From Eledone cirrhosa (taxonomy: Eukaryota), in assembly GCA_964016885.1 (NCBI GenBank), contig OZ024743.1:8680001-8744000 (forward strand): 64,000 nucleotides of DNA. The letters are read 5' to 3'. The notes below the pieces were generated by a model. It searched no databases and was not told the origin of the DNA. It saw only the letters and a program-made list of their open reading frames with translations. Below are positions 51,553 through 61,808 of this stretch, piece by piece (positions within the stretch are counted from its first letter, which is position 1; each line of letters opens with the position of its first letter). A program made the position numbers and the translations under genes.

Positions 51553-52010
51553 TACTACAGAAGACCTGCCCTCCCATATGCTTGAGCTGAGGCATATATC
51601 TAATAGGCAACACCTTCCTATACGTTCTCCCCTCCCATGCACCTCCCTTTGCAGTAACCATCTCTCCCCTATTATCTATGTCCGCAATCTCCCCAAACTC
51701 CTGCCCACCCCTAGTTCCAAGACAAAAGTGACCAGACCACACTATAAAGTGGTCGTGTCGGCGACATAACAAAAAATGCCTAATCCACACTGTAATGTGG
51801 TTGTGTAGGTGACACGACAAAAAACACCCAGCACACAATGTAAATGTGGTTGGCGTTAGGAAGGGCATCTGGCTGTAGAAACCAAGCCCAAATCAGCCCC
51901 AAGTGAGCTAAACATGGTCCTCTGACCTGATTCTCTCCCTAAGGCTCAACCCGTCCTACCCATGCTAGCATGGAAGATGGACGTTAAACGATGATGATGA
52001 TGATGATGAT
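51553..52010 (+). mobile_element. Older RTE subfamily 3' end in tandem with copy B
   Basis: acagaagacctgcc start matches the 41240-41270 region; three UTR repeat units; (GAT)n tail. Confidence 0.8.
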
Positions 52011-52282
52011 ATACTGATATATACTGAGTCTTATTTTCACTGGAGGTTAGTTGTAAAAGAGAGATGTAATTTCCAGCTTATTAGTGTAATCTTTTTAAAT
52101 AGGAAGATGTCAGTAATTGGGTCAGGGTTAGATTTTCTATTTAGTGAGGAATTTGAAGTTCAATTATGAATTCACCAAATTTTTTTCTTCTCCCCTCCTT
52201 CCTAATCCTCTTAGTGTGTGGAATCCTCATGAAAAAAATTCAACAGTATGCTACCAATGCACTCCTACATCATTTCTATATA

Positions 52283-52470
52283 TGGCACTGGCATGGATGT
52301 GTGGTTAAAGAATTTGCTTTGCCACCACATGGTTTGAAGTTAAGTCCCACTGCATGCCACCTTGGGTAAGTGTCATTTACTAAAGCCTTGGACTGACCAA
52401 TGCCCTCTATGTGAAATTTAGTAGACAGAAATTATGCAGAAGCCCAACGTTTATGTGTGTGTGTGTGTGT
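52283..52470 (+). mobile_element. tRNA-derived octopus SINE
   Basis: ggcatggatgtgtggttaaag...agtcccactgc...accttgggtaagtgtc...gtagacagaaa...(TG)n. Confidence 0.75.
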
Positions 52471-52839
52471 TTATTGTTTGTTTATATTCTGTAACTTAGG
52501 GATTTGACCAACAGAGATTGATAAAATAAGCACCACTGGGACAATATTATGGACTAAATCTCAAAAAGGTAATGCCCCAACATGGGAGCAGTCTAATGAT
52601 TGAAACCAGTAAAAAATAAAATAATAAAAGAACCATTTATAAACAAGTTATATTGCTACAGAAATATACACTATTTATTTAACTTATAACATTATTTCAG
52701 AACCCTCTGTGATACCATACTATTATTAGCTCCTTATTAGAAGCTGGAAGTACAAACCAAAAATGTGCCTTCATATTTTTGCTTGACCTGCTAGAAAAAT
52801 ATGACAAATCTCCCTCAAATCAAATCATACAGTCTTATA

Positions 52840-53268
52840 CCCTTTAGCATTTGTATTACTCTATATTTACTATTGTATTTTCACAGAAAAGGCTTTATTT
52901 CACATCATTATTTCATTTCACATAGGGTGGTAGATTGGCAGAATCGGTAGAGCGTCAGACACCATGCTTTCTAGCATAGTTACGTCCCTTTACAGTCTGA
53001 GTTCAAATCCCGCCGAGGTTAACTTTGCCTTTCATCCTTACGGGGTCGATAAAATAAAGTACCAGTAATATACTCGGTAATTGCTGGCCTTGTGCCTAAA
53101 GTATAAACAATTATTTCATTTCACATAATATCGAATCTATGAGATTTTGATATTATTTATTTTGAGAACAATACTATAACATAAGTATGAGCAGCCGGTT
53201 ACAGTCAGTTTGAACAGAAAGAGGTGAGAGAAGTCTGGCTGCATATGGCCAGTTTAAATGCTAAAAGC
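52840..53268 (+). mobile_element. piggyBac-type MITE, family A, with nested SINE
   Basis: TIRs at 52840 and 53268; body interrupted at 52925-53109. Confidence 0.9.
52925..53109 (+). mobile_element. Meta-domain SINE with 18-bp TSD
   Basis: TSD attatttcatttcacata (52907-52924 / 53110-53127); B box gagttcaaatccc; Meta-like domain. Confidence 0.9.
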
Positions 53269-53584
53269 TTAAAAAGAGAGAGGACAGTAGGTAATGTAAT
53301 TCTAGATCCTTGTAAAACTGTGAGATCTGAATGTCTATGATTGTTAGTCTGCTTAATCAAAGTTGACCTGGGACTAAACAATAACAAGAAAAACAATAGC
53401 AACTGCAACCCATATGAATATCTGTGTGCAAACAACTTATATAAATATCCACAACATAAGATGATGGTTAAGTTAAATTTAACATTGGTCCTAAACTTGG
53501 AAAGTCAGCAGGCTGGAGGTTATCACAGTTTCATTTTTGGTTAAGTAGCTGAGAATATATGACACCAGTCCATCATGAGATTAA

Positions 53585-53808
53585 CTCTTTAGCATTTACA
53601 TTACTTTATATATTATTGTATTTTCGCGGTGAAGGTTTTATCTTACATAATTATCTCTCATAATATTGAATCTATGAGATATTATTTTGATATTATTTAT
53701 TTTGAGAACAATACCTTAACATCAGTATGAGTGGCCAGTTACAGCTGGTTTGAATTGAAAGAGGTGAGAGAATTCTGGCTGGAGATTGTCAGTTTAAATA
53801 CTAAAGGG
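53585..53808 (+). mobile_element. piggyBac-type MITE, family A, nested in a CORE-like SINE (-)
   Basis: TTAA TSDs; flanks 53520-53970 are reverse SINE sequence. Confidence 0.9.
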
Positions 53809-54366
53809 TTAAACTCCTAGAATGCTGGTGGTATTCCTTTTTTCCAGTTATATGAATGGGAGTAATTTGAAATAAAGTGTCTTGCTCAAAGATCAACATA
53901 CCTCTCAGTCAGGGAATTTAACTGATGATAGGAATATCATGAGCCCAACACTTTATCCCTTAGATTATGTGGTAGGTATATATTCTGGCTACTTGTATTC
54001 TGATTTCACATCATACCAAGGTCTGAAGTCGATAAATAAAGGACCGTTCTAGGATGGTTGACTGGAGTATCAGATGAGATGATTTACAGTATGTGTTCTG
54101 GCTCTTTGTGTTCTGAGTTCAAATCTTGCAGAAGTATACTTGTATGGTAGATAATCTAATCCATCACCCAGTTTAACACTATCATTTAACCCTTGGATAT
54201 CTTTAACAGGGTCTACTCTGTTGCAAGAATTTTGGCTAGGTCTCCAGTTTGAGGAGACCTTCTTACCTCACTAACACAAATCTTGGAAACCCTGAAAACA
54301 GGTATGAATAGCACCCTGACTCCTGGCTAAGGGATAAAAAAAAATGTATAGACAGCCATTATATAG

Positions 54367-54582
54367 GGTGGTGGATTGGAAGTATCGGTAGAGCATCGGA
54401 CACCATGCTTCGCAGCATAGAGTTATGGCCCTTTATGTTCTGAGTTGAAATCCCACTGAGGTTAACTTTGCCTTTCATCCTTACGGGGTCAATAAAATAA
54501 AACACCAGTAATGCACTGGGGTTGATTTAATTGACTTTCCCTTCCCCCAAAATTGCTTGTCTTGTGCCTACAGTAGAAACAT
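54367..54582 (+). mobile_element. Meta-domain SINE (long variant)
   Basis: Family match; ttatatag direct repeats flank it. Confidence 0.85.
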
Positions 54583-55888
54583 TTATATAGAATGGTGGAT
54601 TAGACAGCTTGGAATTTGATTGTATGTAAATACTACAATCAATGACTATTCAATTAGTGTCGTGAAATTTATCGTTGACTAAGAATATGCTTGTTGTTGA
54701 ATAGCTACAATATATTGAGGACTACATTATTCAATGTGACATTCCATTTTTTAAAACAGTAGTGTGTAATGTAAATGAGATTTGACTGCTATTTCTTGCA
54801 AGGATAATGACTGCAATGAAGCTTTCTCATCAATTCAAAGGGTCATGCGTTTTATGTAATAGTTATTTTTCTTGTTACAGAAACCAGAAACTAAGTAATA
54901 ACTAAAATTAGAAGCAGCAGCAACATGCCTACTTACAAGAGAGAAAACCACCATTATTTAATGAAGTTAGACACACAAGGATGATATGGAAGGTGGTTTG
55001 AGTGTCATCAGAGAGTAACAAAAGAAATATCTAAAGATAACAACAATCAAAAGAAATTTACAGACTTATCCAAACCAATATAGAACAATAAATCATATAA
55101 ATGGTGGTGCATATATATGATGTTAATTCATTTCGCTCACTCTCTCTCTCCATTCTAGATAGCTATCATCTCCTTAATCCAATAAATGTATGTATGCCTC
55201 TACGCATATATATCTGTGCATGCATGTATATGTGCGTGTGTATCAATGTCTGTGTTTTACTGAACAAAAATAGAAATATTAGATTAATTACTCATCTTGG
55301 TATTGTTTCAGTAATATAATTTGATAGTATCTCATTGAAACTTTTCATACTTCAGACACAGGACAAGATTTAATAACACTGCAGCTTGCATTGGCTTTTA
55401 TTAGCACTCTACAGGAAACTGGTGATATGTTGGTTAAGTACTTATCCTGGCATGGCTTCTAATAGTAGAACCTAGAGGAGTGAGACCTACATTTTAAAAA
55501 TATATATTAATTTTCTAAAAAATGAATAAGTTTCAACCTTCTCTTTATTGCCCAATAAAAAATGAACATGGTTAATTTTTTAATATTCTCAAATCAGATA
55601 TGGTAAGGTATTTACATGTTCAGACACTTTGATGAATGTTTGCTGCAGATTATACTACATTTGAATATTCCTTTTAGCATTGGTCTACTTCAAATAGCTA
55701 GAGATTATGAAATATGAAAAATAAGGTCAATTTTCTTCTCCCTAGTGTATACATTTTCTATATTTAGCTAAACAGATCTGTCAGAGACACTACTTGTCTG
55801 AACAGTAAATCCTCCACCATAAACAGCTGGGCTATGTCCTTATTCTGCTCATTCTACTATTACTGCAAAGATCTCTTCATCTTAGTAA

Positions 55889-56890
55889 AAGATGATTAAC
55901 CTAATTTCAAGGCCCTGTATGAAAACACCAGCTGCTGCGTGCGGACTGAGTCCAGTGTGACGGAGTTCTTTGACATTGTCTCAGGAGTCAGACAGGGTTG
56001 CATTCTCTCTCCACTGTTGTTACTGCTGGCAGCCAATTTCGTACTAAGGCGAATGGATGAAGGACCTGGTTGAGGAATCCCATGGAGAGGGCAGTCGAGG
56101 CTGAGGGACCTGGCATTTGCCGACGACATCACTTTGATCGCTGAAAACAGTGCAGATCTGCAGACCCTAACAACATCCCTACAAGAGAGTGCAGAAAAGA
56201 TCGGCCTGAGAATCAACATCAAAAAGACCAAGGTCATGAGAACGGCCAGCAACACAGCTCCAGTGATCAGAGTCAACCAACAGCACCTCGAGGAAGTAGA
56301 TCACTTCACCTATCTGGGCAGCATCCTGACAAGCAGCGGCGATGCAGAGCTCAACATCAACTGTCGGATCGGCAAAGGAGCCAGTTTTCCAGTGGCTGTG
56401 CCCAGTCTGATCGTCTTCATACATTAGCACCAAGACCAAGGTCCACCTGTACAACAGCATTGTGGTGCCGACAGTGCTTTATGCGAGCGAGACCTGGAAG
56501 AGTACGGTAAAAATAGAGAGACGGTTGAACGCTTTCCACCAGCGGTGCCTGCGAAAGATCCTTCGTGTCCTGGCGCGACCGAGTGCGAAACGAGGAGAGC
56601 CGAGTCGTGGACGCTACAGAGAGTGGTGACGGAGCGTCGGTGCCGACTGGCTGGCCATATTCTGCATCTGCCAAATGAACGGCATTCGAAAACAGCAATG
56701 AACTGGACTCCGCCTGGCGGTAAACGGAGGCGGGGTTGCCCAAGGATCACCTGGCAACGAACGTTCCAGAAGGACCTGATGGCAGCCAACATCACCTGGC
56801 ACAGTCTCGAAAAAGTTGCCGCTGATCGTGACCGTTGGGGAGTACCTACTGCTCGATGTGCCAAACAGCGCAAAAGAATCTAAGACTAAA
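55889..56890 (+). mobile_element. 5'-truncated GC-rich RTE LINE (second family, no PHD), RT pseudogene
   Basis: GVRQGCILSPLL, FADD, GLRINIKKTKVM, HFTYLGS and RLAGHILHL..WTPPGGKRRRGCPRITW; one stop plus frameshifts; taagactaa end. Confidence 0.9.
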
Positions 56891-57069
56891 GAGCTTGATT
56901 TATCACATTTAAACCAATCCCTTATTTAGATATCAAGGCTCCTATTGAACAGCTCACCAAAGTACTTGAAAAGTCAGGAACAGAAGAAATAAGATGAGGA
57001 GTTTGAAGTGTATTGAATGAAGACAAGCCTCCAGATGCTAATTAAACATTTCCAAAAGGAGAAAATAAT

Positions 57070-57182
57070 TGTTTCTACTTTAGGCACAAGGCCAGCAATT
57101 ACTCAGTACATTATTGGTACTTTATTTTATCGACCTAGTAAGGATGAAAGGCAAAGTCAACCTCGGCGGGATTTGAACTCAG
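57070..57182 (-). mobile_element. 5'-truncated Meta-domain SINE with 15-bp TSD
   Basis: TSD aaaggagaaaataat (57055-57069 / 57183-57197). Confidence 0.85.
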
Positions 57183-57349
57183 AAAGGAGAAAATAATGTA
57201 AGCAAACCCTACAACAATACAGCATGGACATATTTTTACCTGTAGATAATACTAGGGTAACTCTACTGTGGTTAGAATCTGGGATAGAGTATGTTGACAT
57301 ACCGAGTACTAATCTTCTATGTTACTCACCAGTGGCAATCACGCTCAAG

Positions 57350-57870
57350 ATATCCAGGTTAAATGGTGTTATCGCACTCAACAGCTACAAAGCATTTGAC
57401 CATGCCTGATATACAAATTTTCTACTAAAACTGTCCACCTATGGGTTCATCTGTCTCCAATCTTTTGGAATAGAAACTTCATGTCAGATCACACCATCAT
57501 GAGCTGATGGAACTCTCTCTCTCTGACCCATATTCTATCAACTTTAGTATGCCCCACAATTTGAATTTGTTCCCCACATTTTTCTTGCTATACATCAACG
57601 ACCACCACCTCCATACCATCATTTCCAACAACAACCACTCCTATGCTAACTATACCACCCTTCATTCCTTCATAACTTTATCACTTTCTGCACCCAACCA
57701 TCACCCCACATACAACATAAACAACTCATGCCAAACCTGTGCTGATTTTATGAACAGATAGATACTTCAAAAACATCCTCAAATGGAGCCATGCCAATCT
57801 TGTCCCCTTCAACAGCACAGATGAAATCACTACACATATCAAAACATTGTTACCCTCTCCACCCATCACT
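57350..57870 (+). mobile_element. Degenerate CR1/L2-group LINE RT fragment
   Basis: IALNSYKAFDH...LFPTFFLLYIND...HSYANYTTL. Confidence 0.75.
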
Positions 57871-57910
57871 ACTAAATATGAAAAGAAGCATGAGTAGAGA
57901 AAACTAGAAT

Positions 57911-58360
57911 GTGTGTGCATGTGTGTGTGTATGAGTGTGTGAGTGTGTGTGTATGAGTGTGTGAGTGTGTGTGTGTGTGGGGGGAGGTGAGAGAGAGAGA
58001 GTGTGAATGTGTGTGTGTGTGTGAGAGAGAGAGAGTAAAAGAGCAGAGTAGAAATTGAAAGAGTGTGATAGATAGACTGACAGAGAGACAGATAAACAGA
58101 CATACATACATACAGACATACAGACAGACAGACTGACATACAGACAGACTGACAGACAGACTGACAGACAGACATACAGACATACAGACATACAGACATA
58201 CAGACATACATACATACAGATAAACAGACAGACTGACAGACAGATAAACAGACAGACATACAGACATACAGACATACAGACAGACAGACAGACTGACAGG
58301 CAGACAGACAGACAGATAGTCAGTTAGTCAGTCAGATAGATAGATAGACAGATAGATAGA
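57911..58360. repeat. Compound microsatellite (TG)n/(GA)n/(GACA,GACATACA)n/(GATA)n
   Basis: Direct inspection. Confidence 0.95.
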
Positions 58361-58673
58361 GTGAAAGAGTAATTAGGTAATAAAGAGAGAAGTGTTCACC
58401 TTCCTAGTTGACCTCACACTCACACATTAGTAGCTATGTTTGCACTTTTTATTACACAATTATTCTTAAACTTATCACTATCACTGTCTCTAAATTACTC
58501 TTTCACACAGATTTTGTTTACATAATATATTCCATACTCAAATAAACCACATCATTTCTGACAAGTAGTATGCTAGTATAATTTATACTTTTAAAAAAAT
58601 CCTAACAATTTACATTTTATCTAATAGCTATTCATATTATGGGTTTTACTCAATATCATTATATAGAATGAAG

Positions 58674-58891
58674 GGGAATGGTGAATTAGCAGCATCATTA
58701 GAGCGACTGCCATTATGCTTTGTGGCATATAGTTATGGCCCTATACATTCTGAGTTCGAATCCTGCCGAGATTAGCTTTGCCTTTCATACTTACGGGGTC
58801 GTTAAAATAAAGTACCAGTAATGAACTGGTGTCAATTTATTTGACTTTCCCTTCCCTCAAATTGTTGGCCTTGTGCCTAAATCAGAAACCG
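58674..58891 (+). mobile_element. Meta-domain SINE (long variant)
   Basis: Family match; ~15-bp TSD ttatatag(a/c)atgaag. Confidence 0.85.
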
Positions 58892-59178
58892 TTATATAGC
58901 ATGAAGAAAGGAATGGAAAGAATGGACCTCCTTCAGATTCGATGATGAGTGTTCCAGTTGTTCGGTGAATTAACATGTGTACCCTTTAATGTAATTCACA
59001 GAGAGACTCAGCATGGCACAGTATTCCTCATGTAAAGGGGAGGTAATATTGTTAGTCTATAAATAAGTGGTTCAACTCCCATGATAAGATTTGTTCTCAT
59101 TTGTTCTGTTTTAGGTCATACTTATAAATATTTTATACATAACTTATGTTATAGCCAATATATATATATATATATATG

Positions 59179-60704
59179 TACAAGCCATGTATAAAGAAAC
59201 AGTCAGCAAGGTTAGAATTAACAACGAATATAGTGAAGAGTTTAGCGTAAAAGTTGGCGTCCATCAGGGCTCTGTTCTCAGCCCCCTACTATTTATTATT
59301 GCCCTTCAGGCTATAACAGAGGAGTTCAAGACCGGCTGCCCATGGGAACTCCTATACGCAGATGACCTAACACTCATAGCTGAATCAATGGCCGAGCTAG
59401 AGAAGAAATTCCAAGCATGGAAGCACGGCCTAGAATCAAAAGGCCTTAAAATTAACCTGGCTAAGACTAAAGTTCTAGTTTGTAAGAAAGAAAATAAGGC
59501 GGCGGTCCCTTCCGGGAAGTGGCCATGCTCAGTGTGTAGGAAAGGCGTAGGTAGAAACTCCATTTTGTGTCCCAAATGCAAAGTATGGGTGCATAAAAGA
59601 TGTAGTGGGATCACAGGTAAGCTAACTAAGAACATAGATTTTACATGTGGCCGGTGCTCCGGTGCAATAAGTAGCAGCAAGTGCCCACAAAATACTAGCT
59701 CTTTCAACTGCGCAGAGGGTCCTATAGAAATAGTGGACAGCTTCCGTTACCTGGGTGACAAAATCAGCAGTGGGGGAGGGTGCTCTGAAAGTACAGTAGC
59801 TAGAGTCAGAACTGGATGGAAAAAGTTCAGAGAGCTTATACCACTATTAGCCGCTAAAGGGTTCTCCCTAAAAATGAAAGGCAGGTTGTATGATGCCTGC
59901 ATACGAACAGCAATGTTGCATGGCAGTGAGACCTGGGCATTGTGTGCAGAGGATATACGCAGACTAGAGAGGAACGAAGCTTGCATGCTCCGCTGGATGT
60001 GTAATAGTAATATACGTGAACGGCAAAGCATAAACGAACTAAGGAAAAAATTAGAAATAAGAGGGATCAGATGTTGTTTACTCGAGAGAAGGCTACGTTG
60101 GTATGGTCACGTGATGCGCATGAAAGACGACAGCTGTATAACAAAGTGCAGGGCAATAAAGATAGACGGTAGCCATGGAGTAGGCAGAGCCAGAAAAACC
60201 TGGGACGAGCTGATAAATTCCGACCTCACACACTTACACCTCTCCAAGACAATGTCACTGGACCGAGACCTTTGGCGGTACTCAGTAATAGAGAAGACCC
60301 GCCTTACCTAAATACAAAGTAAAACCTACTACAGTCAGTAGGCATCTCTAACAAAATACACCCCCGTCCCACCACCCCCACCCCATCCACACCGCCCCTT
60401 TCAATGTAAAGTTATATGGTGCCACAACATCCAGGCCGAAACAAATGAGATCGTGTAGGTGTCACGACAAAAAAACACACAGTCCACGCTGTAATGTGGC
60501 CGTGTAGGCAACACGGTAAAAACCTCCCAGCCCCACACTGTAAATGTGGTTGGTGTTAGGAAGGGCATCCAGCCGTAGAAAACCCGCCAGACAGTCCTAT
60601 GCGAGCAAGATAATCACTCTTGCCTCAAGTGGGAAAACCCCCGTCCAAACCCATGCAAGCGTGGAACACGGACGTTAAACGTTGATGATGATGATGATGA
60701 TGAT
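59179..60704 (+). mobile_element. Young 5'-truncated RTE LINE, copy C
   Basis: Uninterrupted ORF 59187-60311, 3' UTR and (GAT)n tail; 5' end abuts (TA)n. Confidence 0.95.
59187..60311 (+). CDS. RTE RT C-terminal part with PHD finger
   Basis: GVHQGSVLSP, YADD, C4HC3, FRYLG and RRLRWYGHV. Confidence 0.9.
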   Translation: MYKETVSKVRINNEYSEEFSVKVGVHQGSVLSPLLFIIALQAITEEFKTGCPWELLYADDLTLIAESMAELEKKFQAWKHGLESKGLKINLAKTKVLVCKKENKAAVPSGKWPCSVCRKGVGRNSILCPKCKVWVHKRCSGITGKLTKNIDFTCGRCSGAISSSKCPQNTSSFNCAEGPIEIVDSFRYLGDKISSGGGCSESTVARVRTGWKKFRELIPLLAAKGFSLKMKGRLYDACIRTAMLHGSETWALCAEDIRRLERNEACMLRWMCNSNIRERQSINELRKKLEIRGIRCCLLERRLRWYGHVMRMKDDSCITKCRAIKIDGSHGVGRARKTWDELINSDLTHLHLSKTMSLDRDLWRYSVIEKTRLT

Positions 60705-61002
60705 GTATGTAAAAGGTAAACAGAAATAACAACACAATGGGTACAGTATATGGAAGAAATATATTAGGTTAATGCTTGAAATAGCAAGAAGAGGGTCTTA
60801 ACGATTTGGACGCTAGTCTTTATCAGAAGAAAGAATGGGAAATTAGAAAGATTGAAGGGATGATACATATATATGTGTGTGTGTGTGTATATACATGATA
60901 TGATGGCTGCAACTTGATTTCAAGTAATGCCATTGTTTGATAATCAAGCATGAGTATCACGGTCTAGCAATACCTTGCATCGCAAAAAATGTCACATATC
61001 GA

Positions 61003-61215
61003 GTGATGCCTGTGCTTGAAGCTTTTTTTTTAGTGAGGAAAGGCTTTGCACAGAGCCAATCCCATTCTCTGAACATCAAATGCATTTGCCCAAAAAGTAG
61101 AACAGGTCTACATCATTAGATGCAAATGAAGTCGCAGGTTTTATATCAGAGTGACCTTCTCTTAGAGAGATGTCTTAAATGAAGACTAGGAGTCTCTCAC
61201 TCCCCCCCAAAAAAT
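61003..61215 (+). repeat. Interspersed repeat of unknown class
   Basis: Inverted homolog of 48298-48545. Confidence 0.7.
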
Positions 61216-61442
61216 ACTTTATTGGATGGCCGTTGACTCTCATGTGTTCCTCCACCCTTTGACTGGTTTTGTTTTTCATCCTCCTGGGTGTCCAAAATCA
61301 ACCTCCTCCCCAAGCTAGCTTAGTGGGGCTACCGGTTTAGTCGCCGACAACCCAACCATGCACAGATTGTACTGGGTTGCATGTTACCAGTAGTGCTGAA
61401 GTGAGACCTGACATATATATATATATATATAATATATATATA

Positions 61443-61532
<90 letters not shown>

Positions 61533-61808
61533 TACTAAAACTCTGTGATTGCTTGCTTGCTTGTCTGTAATGTAATACAGCCAAATGGGCGCATAATGGA
61601 AAAATACTTTGAAAGGAAGTTGACCCTGAAATGGGGATACAAATGGAATAAAACAAGTTTCAGAGCATGGGTTCCTGAGATATGGGGTTTTTCCAGGTAC
61701 CTTCATAAACAGAGAGAGAGAGAAACAGAGAGAGAAAGAGATAGTGGTTGTGAGAGAGTAGATTGAAAGAGAGACATAGAGAGAGGGAGAGGAACGGAGA
61801 AGGAGAAC

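Noticed and set aside
54879-55000. Plus-strand exon with short ORF MPTYKRENHH...
   Set aside because: Good acceptor, but the frame stops after 25 codons with no homology evident
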